A stretch of 64,000 nt of DNA from Candidatus Vogelbacteria bacterium (GCA_903878275.1 CAIRHC010000007.1:8727-72726), one strand, 5' to 3'. Numbered from the stretch's first letter, positions 47,328-57,873 are shown. Translations and numbers: made by a program. Notes: generated by a model from the sequence alone, not told the origin.

Positions 47328-47602
47328 TTTTAAATCTAAATGACAATGTTCTATACCTACGTTCTATTATCAAAGAAAGATAACCAATTCTATACTGGTT
47401 ACACCAAAGATTTAAAATTAAGATTTGATAAGCACAATAAAGGTTTAGTAGAATCCACAAAAAAATCTTCGTCCACTATTGCTTGTGTACTATGAGTCGT
47501 GCTTAAATAGAGATGATGCTACTCATCGTGAGAAGTATTTAAAGACATATCACGGTCGAATGTTTATCAAACGTCGTATCAAATCTTATTTAACCGGGTA
47601 AA
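47311..47602 (+). mobile_element. Inverted-repeat-flanked GIY-YIG element, copy 2; nuclease 47346-47601 frameshifted
   Basis: Closely similar to copy 1; one extra A in the A7 run at 47459-47465. Confidence 0.8.
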
Positions 47603-48048
47603 TGGAAAAAATTTATTTAAATACTGATGGCGGGTCACGAGGTAATCCCGGTCCGGCGGGAGCGGGAGCTTTTATTTATAATGAAAAAGGGGAGATGGTG
47701 CGTAAGGCGCACTTGTTTCTCGGGGTGATGACCAACAACGAAGCGGAGTATCAGGCGGTGATTCTTGGTTTGGAGACTTTGAAAAAAGTTTTTGGCAAAG
47801 AAAAAATAAAAGATTTGGACGTGACCATCAGGTTGGATAGCGAACTGGTTTGTCGGCAACTAAAAAACGAATATCAAATTAAAGAAGAAAAACTAATTCC
47901 ACTTTTTATTAAAGTCCACAATTTGCAAGTGTCAGAATTTAAACATTTAAATTTTGAGGCGATTCCGCGTGAGAAAAATTTTGAAGCGGATAAACTGGCG
48001 AACGAAGCGATGGATTTGGGTAGTAGTCAGCCGGCCGGTCTCTTTTAA
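47602..48048 (+). CDS. rnhA: Ribonuclease HI family
   Basis: TDGGSRGNPG, TNNEAEY, DSELV, ADKLAN. Confidence 0.93.
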   Translation: MEKIYLNTDGGSRGNPGPAGAGAFIYNEKGEMVRKAHLFLGVMTNNEAEYQAVILGLETLKKVFGKEKIKDLDVTIRLDSELVCRQLKNEYQIKEEKLIPLFIKVHNLQVSEFKHLNFEAIPREKNFEADKLANEAMDLGSSQPAGLF

Positions 48049-48052
48049 AAAA

Positions 48053-49585
48053 ATGTTGGAGAAAATAAGAAAAACCGCTACGTTTTTAATTGGCGGTTTT
48101 TTCTTGGGTGTCTTTCTGCAATCTTTAATTGACTTTGGCTGGTCATTTTTTTATTTGGCGATTTTGTTGGCGTTGGCTTTTTTATTTTTATTTTTAATTT
48201 TTAAAAAATCTGGTTATTTAATTTTGGCTATTATTTTTTGTGGGTTAGCTCTTGGTGGTGGGCGATTGGAAATGACCAATCCGCAGATCGAGAAAATTCC
48301 GGTTGGTCAAACTTTTATTTTAAAAGCGAAAATAATTGAAGAACCGGATGAGCGGGAAGCTAAAACGCGATTGATTGTCTCGGAAAATAAAACTGGGACA
48401 AAAATTTTAATTAGCACCGAACGTTTTCCGAAATATAATCTTGGCGATGAAATAAAAGTGACCGGCAAATTAGCTAAGCCGGCGAATTTTTTAACGACCA
48501 TTGGTAAAGAATTTGATTATCAAAATTATTTGGCGACAAGTGAAATTTATTATCAAATGTTTAGTCCGCAAATTGAGCTTTTAAAAACGGGAGGAGTATC
48601 TTTAACTGGTCTATTGATTGGCATAAAAAATAATTTCTTAACCGCTTTGGCAAAAGTTTTGCCGGAACCACAAAATTCTTTGATGGGCGGTTTGGTTTTG
48701 GGTTTGAAATCGGGCTTGGGTACGGAAATAGAAAATAATTTTCGTCGTACCGGCTTGTCACATATGATTGTGTTGTCTGGTTACAATATTACTATCATTT
48801 CGGCGGGAATAATGAGCGCGTTGTTTTTCTTGCCGAGAATTATTTCTTTTGGTGGGGGAATTATCGGGATTATTTTATTTATTTTAATGGTCGGCAGTGG
48901 TGCCTCGGCGGTGCGAGCGGCGACGATGGCGATATTGGCGCTTTTAGCTCGTGGTTATGGTCGGCTGTACGATGCGGGACTCGCTTTAATCATCGCCGGT
49001 TTTTTTATGGTCGTTTGGAATCCGCGGTTGCTGGTTTTTGATTTTGGTTTTCAGTTGTCGTTTTTGGCGACGCTCGGTATTATTTTTTTAGCTCCAGTGA
49101 TTGAAGATTTTTTATGTTTTCTCCCCCAAGTTTGGACACGTTTGGGTTCACCAAATATTAATATCGTTAATTTGAAACCGAAAAATAAAATGGAAAAAGG
49201 TTTCCGCGAACTAGTCGCGACTACACTTGGCGCGCAAATTATGGTGTTTCCGTGGATTTTGTACAAAATGGGAAACTTGTCGATTGTCGGTTTATTGGCG
49301 AATATCATTGTTTTGCCGATTGTGCCGATCGCAATGTTTTTTGGATTTATTACTGGTGCCCTTGGTATTATTTCAACAACAGTTTCAATGCCTTTTGCTT
49401 ACATTTCCCATTTTTTACTTAGTTATATTTTGTTTGCGGCAGAAAAATTTGCCCAAATTCCGTTCGCCTCTTTGGAGCTTAAAAATTTTCCGTTAGTATT
49501 GGTTCTCTTAGTCTATATTTTAATTTTGGTCTTTTTGCTAAAATACCAAGCAAATGTGGCCAAGAATCAGATGGATAATAATTAG
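48053..49585 (+). CDS. comEC: ComEC/Rec2 competence membrane protein
   Basis: TGLSHMIVLSGYN, SAVRA, GFQLSFLAT. Confidence 0.92.
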   Translation: MLEKIRKTATFLIGGFFLGVFLQSLIDFGWSFFYLAILLALAFLFLFLIFKKSGYLILAIIFCGLALGGGRLEMTNPQIEKIPVGQTFILKAKIIEEPDEREAKTRLIVSENKTGTKILISTERFPKYNLGDEIKVTGKLAKPANFLTTIGKEFDYQNYLATSEIYYQMFSPQIELLKTGGVSLTGLLIGIKNNFLTALAKVLPEPQNSLMGGLVLGLKSGLGTEIENNFRRTGLSHMIVLSGYNITIISAGIMSALFFLPRIISFGGGIIGIILFILMVGSGASAVRAATMAILALLARGYGRLYDAGLALIIAGFFMVVWNPRLLVFDFGFQLSFLATLGIIFLAPVIEDFLCFLPQVWTRLGSPNINIVNLKPKNKMEKGFRELVATTLGAQIMVFPWILYKMGNLSIVGLLANIIVLPIVPIAMFFGFITGALGIISTTVSMPFAYISHFLLSYILFAAEKFAQIPFASLELKNFPLVLVLLVYILILVFLLKYQANVAKNQMDNN

Positions 49586-50399
49586 CGTTTTCGTTTTGGT
49601 GACCGTTTTGGTCTGGGTGACTGTTTGGCTGGAAATGCCGAGTAAATTTTTGACGGTGGCTTTTCTCGATGTCGGGCAAGGTGATGCGATTTTAATTACG
49701 ACGCCAAATAAAAATCAGGTGTTGATTGATGGCGGACCAGATAAAAAAATTTTACGAGCTCTTGGATCGGCAATGCCATTTTTTGATCATTCGCTTGATC
49801 TGGTGATGGAGTCTCATCCTGATGCGGATCACATTAATGGCTTGCCAGATGTTTTTCAGCGATTTTCGGTCGGGGCATTTATGGAGCCGCCAATTTCGGG
49901 TAAGACGAATATTTATCAAGCTTTAAAAACCGAGGTGAAAAATGAACCAGCTCCAGATATTATTGCTCAAAAAGGGACGAGAATTGTTTTAGATAACAAT
50001 GTTTATCTTGACGTTCTGTGGACTAATGCCGGCGGTAAAAAAGCGGATACCAACGAAGCCTCAATCGTCGCCAAACTAACTTATGGTCAAAATTCTTTTT
50101 TGTTTACGGGTGATTCGCCAGAAAGCGTCGAAAGCTACATGGCTTATCCGGCTGGCGATAAATTAAAAGCTGATGTGTTGAAGGTAAGTCACCACGGCTC
50201 GAAAAATTCTAATCCGGAAATTTTTCTAAAAAAAGTAAAACCAGAATTTGCCGTGATTTCGGTCGGGGCGAAAAATAAATACGGTCATCCAAATCAAGAG
50301 GTGGTTGATCGGCTGAACAGTATTAAAGCCCAAATTTTGATGACGAAAGATCTGGGAACGATTACTTTAAAATCGGATGGGGAAAGTGTAGGGTTTTAA
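49554..50399 (+). CDS. ComEC-type MBL-fold hydrolase (separate gene)
   Basis: DVGQGDA, SHPDADH, FTGD, KVSHHGS, YGHP. Confidence 0.92.
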   Translation: MWPRIRWIIISVFVLVTVLVWVTVWLEMPSKFLTVAFLDVGQGDAILITTPNKNQVLIDGGPDKKILRALGSAMPFFDHSLDLVMESHPDADHINGLPDVFQRFSVGAFMEPPISGKTNIYQALKTEVKNEPAPDIIAQKGTRIVLDNNVYLDVLWTNAGGKKADTNEASIVAKLTYGQNSFLFTGDSPESVESYMAYPAGDKLKADVLKVSHHGSKNSNPEIFLKKVKPEFAVISVGAKNKYGHPNQEVVDRLNSIKAQILMTKDLGTITLKSDGESVGF

Positions 50400-50551
50400 C
50401 CCTTACAAAATAAAGCTTATTTTCGTCGAAACTTAGTTTCGATTTTTTTAATTTTCAAATATTGACTAATCTAGATAATGCTTGTATAGTCAAAAATAGA
50501 TAATGATCTGGGTAAATGGTTACCTGGTTAACTTAAAGAAGGAGTTTTGTT

Positions 50552-50725
50552 ATGAAGAAGTTTTTAGTTGGGGCGTTGTTGGCGATCTTTGTGTTTGGAT
50601 TGTCTGGGTGCCTGTCTCTTTCTTTTGGGACAAAGACTGTGTACGTTTGTCATCCAGAACCAGCTCCGACAACCTGTATCGTCGAGATGAAGATTCCGAT
50701 TGAACCGAAACCTCAATCGCAATAA
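50552..50725 (+). CDS. Small lipoprotein (57 aa, below ORF-track cutoff)
   Basis: AAGGAG RBS; MKKFLVGALLAIFVFGLSG|C lipobox; promoter TTGACT-17-TATAGT; terminator hairpin at ~50747. Confidence 0.7.
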   Translation: MKKFLVGALLAIFVFGLSGCLSLSFGTKTVYVCHPEPAPTTCIVEMKIPIEPKPQSQ

Positions 50726-50784
50726 AAATGATTGAGGAGAAAAAATGCCCGGCGGAACGAAGTTCCGCCGGGCATTCTATTTAA

Positions 50785-51048
50785 TTATTTAACCGTAACC
50801 ACTTTTTCTTGCGGGCGAACAGCTTTAGCTGTTTTAGCCTTGGTCACCTTAGATTTAACCAAAAGATTTTTTCCACCTTTTAAGCATCTGGTGCAAACCA
50901 TAATTCGGCTACCATCGGCGGTTTTACCCCACTGTAAATTTGGCTTCTTGCGAAGTTTTGGAATTGGATTATATTTGGTGGCGCGGACGCGGTTTGAGTA
51001 ACCACCGACCACACTGGAACCTTTATCGCAGATTGGGCAAGTTTTCAT
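50785..51048 (-). CDS. rpmB: 50S ribosomal protein L28
   Basis: CPIC..KPNLQ..VCTRCLK. Confidence 0.88.
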   Translation of the reverse strand: MKTCPICDKGSSVVGGYSNRVRATKYNPIPKLRKKPNLQWGKTADGSRIMVCTRCLKGGKNLLVKSKVTKAKTAKAVRPQEKVVTVK

Positions 51049-51113
51049 ATAAGTGTTCTTATGTTATCATAAAAATCAGTTTTAGCAAGTTTTTGCTTAA
51101 AATCAAATATAAA

Positions 51114-51728
51114 ATGGATACTACTATTATTTTTTCTATAGCGGTCTTGGTAATGTCGGTCGTTGTTCACGAAGTGGCTCACGGCTCAATTGCTTACGCG
51201 TTAGGCGATCCGACTGCCAAAATGGCCGGACGTTTGACTTTGAACCCGATTAAACACATTGACCCATTCGGCTCGATTATTGTGCCACTTATTCTCGCGA
51301 TGATTCCGGGGGGGATGATTTTTGGTTGGGCAAAGCCGGTCCCTTACAATCCTTACAATTTAAAAGCCGGCAAGTATGGTCCGGCTTATGTCGCTCTGGC
51401 TGGACCAGTGTCAAATTTTTTTCTCGCTCTGATCTTCGGCTTGTTTGTTCGGTTTGGAGCGCTGGCAGTATCTTTAAATACTCAAACTATCTCTCTTCTA
51501 TCGATGATTGTAATGATCAATATAATGCTGGGGCTATTTAACCTTATTCCGGTACCGCCCCTCGATGGTTCGACCGTGCTTTTTTCGGTTTTACCGTATC
51601 GTTTTCAGAAATGGTATGACGAAATGGCGCGCTACCAACTTGTCTTTATTGTCGTCATTATTTTTAGTGCCGGCTTTTTTATTGATAAATTGTCCTTAAT
51701 TTTCTTTCATCTCCTGACTGGACTCTAA
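51114..51728 (+). CDS. Site-2 protease (M50)
   Basis: HEVAHG, GRLTLNP, AGP, FNLIPVPPLDGS. Confidence 0.93.
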   Translation: MDTTIIFSIAVLVMSVVVHEVAHGSIAYALGDPTAKMAGRLTLNPIKHIDPFGSIIVPLILAMIPGGMIFGWAKPVPYNPYNLKAGKYGPAYVALAGPVSNFFLALIFGLFVRFGALAVSLNTQTISLLSMIVMINIMLGLFNLIPVPPLDGSTVLFSVLPYRFQKWYDEMARYQLVFIVVIIFSAGFFIDKLSLIFFHLLTGL

Positions 51729-51776
51729 ACGATATTTATTGTCAAAATCCTCGGGAAAGAGGTATAATGCAAAAGT

Positions 51777-52004
51777 ATGAAAAATATCGCTCAATTTAGA
51801 ATTACTCAAGAAGACGGTTATTATACTGCCAGCGGAATGGATTTGCCGATTGTAACCCAGGGTAAAAGTTGGGATAAATTGGTGAACAATATTCGCGAGG
51901 CAGTTGAGCTGACCTTGGAAGGTGAAGACCTTGCCGATTTTGGTTTTGCCAGTAAACCCTCACTCCTAATGAGTTTCGAGTTGTCTACGGCTTGCCATGC
52001 CTAA
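51777..52004 (+). CDS. HicB-like antitoxin
   Basis: IVTQGKSWDKLVNNIREAVEL. Confidence 0.8.
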   Translation: MKNIAQFRITQEDGYYTASGMDLPIVTQGKSWDKLVNNIREAVELTLEGEDLADFGFASKPSLLMSFELSTACHA

Positions 52005-52242
52005 CAAGTTGAAGGTTTTATCTAGACCGGATATAGTTAAAATTCTGACTGTTTTTGGTTTCAATTTTTACTCACAGAGAGGTAGTCATATAAAATTAAG
52101 AAGAACAAAAAATGGTCACAATCAGGTTTTGACTGTTCCTGCCCACAAAGAATTAGTCAAAAGCACGACTAAGGCCGTTTATGAACAAGCCTTGAAATAT
52201 ATTCCAGCAGAAGACTTGAAAGAGTATTTTTATAACAAATAA
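51997..52242 (+). CDS. HicA family toxin
   Basis: GF..SQRGSHIKL..LTVPAH. Confidence 0.85.
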   Translation: MPNKLKVLSRPDIVKILTVFGFNFYSQRGSHIKLRRTKNGHNQVLTVPAHKELVKSTTKAVYEQALKYIPAEDLKEYFYNK

Positions 52243-52383
52243 ACCATTATTTTTAATCTATGGTGGGGTGTTGCACTCACTTGTCGAACTAACGGGTTGC
52301 ATTTTCTCTCGGTTTATATTAAAGTACTAATTGCTAGCTTCAAACGCTTTTTCTGTTTGGGTTGGTGATATTTTTTTCTAAAA

Positions 52384-52821
52384 ATGCCTACAATTAATCA
52401 ATTAGTCAAAAGACCAAGAAAGTTGATCCGAAAAAAGTCTCGTTCGGTAGCTTTAGCGCGTGGTTTTAACTCTTTATTAAACAAGCCGATTCTTTACCCA
52501 TCTCCTTTTAAGAGAGGCGTTTGTCTGCAAGTCAAAACTACTACTCCAAAGAAACCAAACTCCGCTTTGCGTAAAATTGCTCGTGTTCGCTTGACTAATG
52601 GAATGGAAGTAACCGCCTATATTCCCGGTGAAGGTCACAATTTACAAGAACACTCGGTCGTGATGCTTCGTGGTGGTCGCGTGAAAGACTTGCCCGGTGT
52701 GCGTTATCACATTGTCCGTGGTGTGCTCGATGCGTCTGGTGTAGAGAAGCGCCGACAAGGTAGAAGCTTGTATGGTAACAAACGACCGAAGGCTGGAGCG
52801 GTAACGGCTAAGAAAAAATAA
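52384..52821 (+). CDS. rpsL: 30S ribosomal protein S12
   Basis: [27 protein letters not shown]. Confidence 0.98.
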   Translation: MPTINQLVKRPRKLIRKKSRSVALARGFNSLLNKPILYPSPFKRGVCLQVKTTTPKKPNSALRKIARVRLTNGMEVTAYIPGEGHNLQEHSVVMLRGGRVKDLPGVRYHIVRGVLDASGVEKRRQGRSLYGNKRPKAGAVTAKKK

Positions 52822-52827
52822 AATACT

Positions 52828-53307
52828 ATGCGACGACCAATCAAAAGAACAAACAGACTAAAGCCTGATTTTGAATACAAATCTCTAAAAGTTGAGAAGC
52901 TTATCAACTATATTATGGAACGAGGCAAGAAAAATGCTGCTCGGAAGATTGTTTATGGTGCTTTTGATATTATCAAGAAAGATACCAAAGAAGACTCGCT
53001 TGAAATTTTTGAAACTGCCATTCGTAATATCTCGCCGGTAATGGAAATTCGTTCTCGCCGTATTGGTGGTGCCAACTATCAAGTGCCTCACGAAGTTCGC
53101 CCAGAACGAAAATTAGCTTTGGCTTACCGTTGGATTATTGAAGCCGCCAAATCAAAGAAAGGCAAGCCAATGGCACAAAAATTGGCGACCGAACTTATCT
53201 TGTCTAGCAAAAACGAAGGTGACGCGTTCAAAAAGCGTGAGAATGTCCACAAGATGGCGGAAGCCAACCGAGCTTTTGCGCACTTTGCTTTTGCTAAGAG
53301 TAAATAG
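52828..53307 (+). CDS. rpsG: 30S ribosomal protein S7
   Basis: RRIGGANYQVP, HKMAEANRAFAH. Confidence 0.98.
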   Translation: MRRPIKRTNRLKPDFEYKSLKVEKLINYIMERGKKNAARKIVYGAFDIIKKDTKEDSLEIFETAIRNISPVMEIRSRRIGGANYQVPHEVRPERKLALAYRWIIEAAKSKKGKPMAQKLATELILSSKNEGDAFKKRENVHKMAEANRAFAHFAFAKSK

Positions 53308-53442
53308 GAAGCACAAAGCTTAAAGCCCAAAAACACAAAGCTTAAGCTTTAAGTTAAAAACTTGCCGAATCTAGTTTTGAGCTAGTAGTTTAAGTTTTAA
53401 GTTAAAATAAAATTAATAGAATTAAATTTAAATATTTTTAAA

Positions 53443-55587
53443 ATGGCACGTGATTATCCATTAGAGAAAGTAAGAAATATTGGAATTATTGCTCACATTG
53501 ACGCGGGGAAAACTACCACCTCGGAACGCGTTCTTTTTTATACAGGTGTTTCTCATAAAATTGGTGAAGTCCACGAAGGAGAGGCGACAATGGACTGGAT
53601 GGAACAAGAACGAGAGCGTGGTATTACGATTACTTCAGCCGCGACCACGGCTTTTTGGACGCCAACTTATGACAATGGCAATCCTGACCGAAAACATCGT
53701 CTTAATATTATTGATACACCGGGACACATTGACTTTACTGTGGAAGTCAAACGAAGTCTTCGCGTGCTCGATGGCGCGGTGGTGGTTTTTGACGGTGTCG
53801 CTGGTGTAGAACCACAATCAGAAACTAACTGGCGTTATGCCGACGAAGGCAAAGTGCCACGAATTTGTTTCATCAACAAGCTCGATCGTATGGGTGCGTC
53901 TTTTGATCACTCTTATAAAACCATTCTTGATCGTCTATCGAAAAAAGCCGTGCGTATTCAAATTCCGATTGGTGTTGATTCTGAACACGAAGGCGTGATT
54001 GATTTGATCAAAATGAAAGGATATCACTTTGAGGGCGATAAGGGTAAAGACATTGTCGAGATTGAAATCCCAGCGAACTTGCTCGAAGATGCCAAGGCTG
54101 TTCGCGCGGAAATGGTAGAAAAAATTGTCGAGCACGATGACAAGACGATGGCCGATTATTTGGATGGCAAAGAAATTTCTGTTGATGATTTGAAACGAGT
54201 TTTACGCAAAGCGGTTATTCATAATGAAATTTTCCCGGTTATGTGTGGTTCGGCTTTGAAAAACAAAGGTGTCCAATTGATGCTCGATGCGGTCGTTGAT
54301 TATTTAACATCACCACTTGATATGCCAGAAATTCACGGTGTAAATCCTACAACTGGGGAAGAAGAAACTCGGAAAATGACTGATGATGAATCTTTTGCGG
54401 CCTTGGCTTTTAAAATGCAAGCCGATCCATTTGTTGGGCAATTAACTTTCTTTCGTGTTTACTCGGGGATGATTAGCTCTGGTTCTTATGTTTACAACTC
54501 GGTCAATGGTGAGCGAGAGCGTGTCGGACGTATCGTGCGTTTGCATGCGAATCACCGTGAAGAAGTATCCGAAGCCTACGCTGGTGAAATTGCGGCGATC
54601 GTGGGTTTGAAAAGCACCAAAACTGGAAATACGCTTTGTGATGAAAATCACCCAATCATTTTGGAAGGTATTAAAGTGCCGGAACCGGTGGTGGAAATGC
54701 GAATTGAACCAAAGACCAAGGCGGATCAAGAAAAGATGGGCCTTGCGATGAAGAAATTGTCTGACGAAGATCCAACTTTCAAAATCAAAACTGATCCAGA
54801 AACGATGGAAACGATTATCGCTGGTATGGGCGAATTGCACCTAGAGGTTCTAGTAGAAAGAATGAAGCGTGAATTTAATGTCGAAGCGAATGTTGGTAAA
54901 CCGCAAGTGGCTTACAAAGAAACCATCACTGGCGAAGCGGAAGCGGAAGGTAAATATATCAAACAGTCTGGTGGTCGTGGTCAGTATGGTCACGTGCGGA
55001 TTCGGGTTAAACCATTGGAGAAAAATATTGATCCCGAAGCTAAAGTCGCCAAGAATATTAAACGTGAAGCTAATTTTGAATTTATTAACAGCATCAAAGG
55101 TGGCGCGATTCCTGGTGAATTTATCCCGCCAGCCGAAAAAGGTATTCGCGAAGGTTTGAGCCGTGGTATTTTGGCTGGTTTCGAAGTGGTGGATGTGTCC
55201 GTCGAGCTTTACGATGGTTCTTATCACGATGTTGACTCGTCAGAAATGGCGTTCAAAATGGCGGGTTCGATGGCGGTACAAGATGCCGCTCGCCGAGCGA
55301 AACCAGTATTGCTTGAACCATTGATGAAAGTAGAAGTGACGGTGCCGGAGAAATTTATGGGTGATATCACTGGGCACATTTCTTCAAAGCGCGGTCAAAT
55401 CGAATCAATGGGAGAAAGAGGTGAACTTAAGGTCATTACTGCCAAAGTTCCGCTCGCCGAAATGTTCGGCTATGTGACCACTCTTCGCTCGATGACCGAA
55501 GGTCGCGGCAACTACACAATGGAATTTTCCGAATACGCGATCATCCCAAACAATGTCGCTTTGGGAATTATTGAAGCGAGAAAATAA
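53443..55587 (+). CDS. fusA: Elongation factor G
   Basis: [26 protein letters not shown]. Confidence 0.98.
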   Translation: MARDYPLEKVRNIGIIAHIDAGKTTTSERVLFYTGVSHKIGEVHEGEATMDWMEQERERGITITSAATTAFWTPTYDNGNPDRKHRLNIIDTPGHIDFTVEVKRSLRVLDGAVVVFDGVAGVEPQSETNWRYADEGKVPRICFINKLDRMGASFDHSYKTILDRLSKKAVRIQIPIGVDSEHEGVIDLIKMKGYHFEGDKGKDIVEIEIPANLLEDAKAVRAEMVEKIVEHDDKTMADYLDGKEISVDDLKRVLRKAVIHNEIFPVMCGSALKNKGVQLMLDAVVDYLTSPLDMPEIHGVNPTTGEEETRKMTDDESFAALAFKMQADPFVGQLTFFRVYSGMISSGSYVYNSVNGERERVGRIVRLHANHREEVSEAYAGEIAAIVGLKSTKTGNTLCDENHPIILEGIKVPEPVVEMRIEPKTKADQEKMGLAMKKLSDEDPTFKIKTDPETMETIIAGMGELHLEVLVERMKREFNVEANVGKPQVAYKETITGEAEAEGKYIKQSGGRGQYGHVRIRVKPLEKNIDPEAKVAKNIKREANFEFINSIKGGAIPGEFIPPAEKGIREGLSRGILAGFEVVDVSVELYDGSYHDVDSSEMAFKMAGSMAVQDAARRAKPVLLEPLMKVEVTVPEKFMGDITGHISSKRGQIESMGERGELKVITAKVPLAEMFGYVTTLRSMTEGRGNYTMEFSEYAIIPNNVALGIIEARK

Positions 55588-55646
55588 CTAAAAACAAAAA
55601 AGTTTACTCAAAAAATCCGCCTCTGGCGGATTTTTCTGATAAGTTT

Positions 55647-55668
55647 TATCAAACACCGGGTGTTGATA
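55647..55668. repeat. REP-like palindrome (RAYT-associated), copy 1
   Basis: TATCAAACACCGGGTGTTGATA. Confidence 0.8.
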
Positions 55669-55773
55669 GTCTCTGGTGTCGGACATTTTTGTGCTGTGTT
55701 ATCCACCTATTTACCTTGCCAACTTGCCTTGGGGGGGGGTATTATTAGGGGATTAGAAGTTAATCATAAAAAT

Positions 55774-56589
55774 ATGGAAGGAGATAAAAATTACAAAAAC
55801 ACAAGAGAAGACTACGCTGAAATAGAAAAATTTGGTCCAGAGTTCGAAGAAAAGATTCAAGAAGGGTCTTTGGAAAAAAAAGATCTTGTTGCTAAAATAA
55901 TTGGTGATATTGAAAATATTGTTAAAGAAACAGGTGAAGACTTGTCACTTGAAAATGGCACGAAGAGGGAAATAGAGGAACTTTCTTTGATTTTGTCGAA
56001 GATGGAGTTGCTTGAAATCATAGATCCAGAAAATTTAAGTAATTTGAAAGAAAAGATTACCTCTTTTTATAACTTACGGCTGGAATACTTAACTTTAGGT
56101 AAATTCGATAAAACATTAGAAGAGAGAGATGGTATCTATTCAAGAATGCCACCTCAATTTCGAGCACCGATATCGAAAGGGACAGAATTAAGACACCGCT
56201 TGTTTTCGGAGAGTAATGATTTTGTCAAAGAATTAAGAGGAGCTCTTCTCTTAGAATTAAAAGCGGACGATGTTGAAAATGACGAAGATTTTTCTGGGAA
56301 ATTGGAAATGTTTGAGGAAAATATGAAGTTGTTAAAATCTTTAAAGGAGGGGGATTTGATAAAAATAACACATAATAAGGGAGAGAAGTTAAAAAAAGAA
56401 AAGTCTGATGTGGTTGTGAGAACTGTTCGTTTCTGTGAATTTAAACCAGCTTTTCGCGGTTCTTTTCAGGGAGATCTAGTGTCTCCAGAGGTATTTTTTA
56501 GCGAAGATATTAAAGGGAAAAAACCATTTTTTTATACCGATAGTGTTAGCCTTGGGCAACTTTTGCGAGTCGAGATAGCCACGGAATAA
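55774..56589 (+). CDS. Hypothetical acidic protein
   Basis: Long E/K-rich ORF between two REP copies. Confidence 0.7.
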   Translation: MEGDKNYKNTREDYAEIEKFGPEFEEKIQEGSLEKKDLVAKIIGDIENIVKETGEDLSLENGTKREIEELSLILSKMELLEIIDPENLSNLKEKITSFYNLRLEYLTLGKFDKTLEERDGIYSRMPPQFRAPISKGTELRHRLFSESNDFVKELRGALLLELKADDVENDEDFSGKLEMFEENMKLLKSLKEGDLIKITHNKGEKLKKEKSDVVVRTVRFCEFKPAFRGSFQGDLVSPEVFFSEDIKGKKPFFYTDSVSLGQLLRVEIATE

Positions 56590-56623
56590 CGGAATAATTG
56601 CGACTAGGGGTTTTTATGTCTTA

Positions 56624-56645
56624 TGTCAAACACCGGGCGTTGATA
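56624..56645. repeat. REP-like palindrome, copy 2
   Basis: TGTCAAACACCGGGCGTTGATA. Confidence 0.75.
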
Positions 56646-56672
56646 ATTACCCGGGTATTTGGTAGTTTTGGG

Positions 56673-57350
56673 TTATTCAAAATCTAATTCGTCATCTTTA
56701 TCTTTAATTTCTTTGGCACCACTTTCCTCAACCCATTTTTGGTAATCATCACCATTTTCTTTTATTTGCTCTAAAATAATACTTGAATCAAGTAACCGAT
56801 CCCAGCGATTTTGACCGACAAAATCACCAAAGCTTGACCAGCGGTATTTAGTTTCTTTTCCCTGTTGACCAATTTCCATGGGGTTTAGATGAATATAAGC
56901 CGAAGTACAAAGTAATTGTTCGTTATCTTTAACGTGAACAGCACGAAATGGTCCTTGAAATAAGTGTCCAGATTGTTGGTATTTGGCATTAAAATATTTA
57001 GTATAACCGTTAAGAACTTTTTGCATATAAATTGAAACTCCATTGTCTACTGCCGACTGAACTAAAATATGAAAATGATTAGGCATTAAAGAAAAGGCGA
57101 TAATTTTTACTATTTGATTGTCGGTAATTTCTTTTGTCTCTTTATCGCTAATCCCGAAATCATTAGTTTGAAGAAAATTTTTTGTATGAAATCCAATATT
57201 ATTAATACTTTTTAGCGACTGGAAATAGAGAAGATAAAACATAAACCTTGCTCGATCTTTATCGTCTTTAAAAATTTCACACTTTAAATTCCCGCGATTA
57301 ACTAGGTGAAAATATTCTCCAGCGACAAACGGAACTTGACGGTAGGGCAT
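56673..57350 (-). CDS. REP-associated tyrosine transposase (RAYT, Y1 HUH)
   Basis: YFHLVNRG, LMPNHFHIL (HUH), GHLFQGPF, YIHLNP, YRWSS. Confidence 0.9.
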   Translation of the reverse strand: MPYRQVPFVAGEYFHLVNRGNLKCEIFKDDKDRARFMFYLLYFQSLKSINNIGFHTKNFLQTNDFGISDKETKEITDNQIVKIIAFSLMPNHFHILVQSAVDNGVSIYMQKVLNGYTKYFNAKYQQSGHLFQGPFRAVHVKDNEQLLCTSAYIHLNPMEIGQQGKETKYRWSSFGDFVGQNRWDRLLDSSIILEQIKENGDDYQKWVEESGAKEIKDKDDELDFE

Positions 57351-57377
57351 AGCGTTATTATACCACATAAATCTTAT

Positions 57378-57399
57378 TATCAAACACCGGGTGTTGATA
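57378..57399. repeat. REP-like palindrome, copy 3
   Basis: TATCAAACACCGGGTGTTGATA. Confidence 0.8.
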
Positions 57400-57526
57400 A
57401 CGTTGTGATTGTTCCCAATAATGTGGTGTGGAGCTTGGATTTTTTGATGCTGGTGATCACTGTGTTACAATAGAAGTATTATAAAATATCGTGAAATTTC
57501 AGATCTTAAAATTTATTTAAAATAAT

Positions 57527-57691
57527 ATGCTACAAAATACAACAGAAGAATCATCTGGCGAGTTGGAAAAAGAAGATGCTAAAAATACTGAAGACCTTCC
57601 ATTGGAAGCTTTCGGTCTTGATGAGAAAGAAGCCGCAGATATATCCAAAAATTCTGACGAGGTGGAAGATATGAAAAATTTTCTAAATTAA
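57527..57691 (+). CDS. Small acidic hypothetical protein (54 aa)
   Basis: MLQNTTEESSGELEKEDAK...NFLN; could be a remnant. Confidence 0.45.
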   Translation: MLQNTTEESSGELEKEDAKNTEDLPLEAFGLDEKEAADISKNSDEVEDMKNFLN

Positions 57692-57873
57692 TCAAAAAAG
57701 TATCTAAGCAAATTATTGACTGGGAGGGGAAAATTTCCCTGCGTTTCTGCTACCCGGTTGACTTATCTAGTCATTTTGTTATGATAATTACTACGTTCGT
57801 TGCCTGCATTTTGTGGGTGTCGCGTTTTGTTTTTTAATTAAAAATTATTACTAGTTAGCTAATTTTAAATAAT

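Noticed and set aside
50503-50703. 66-aa ORF in the track
   Set aside because: The overlapping frame starting at 50552 has an RBS and lipobox and is the better call
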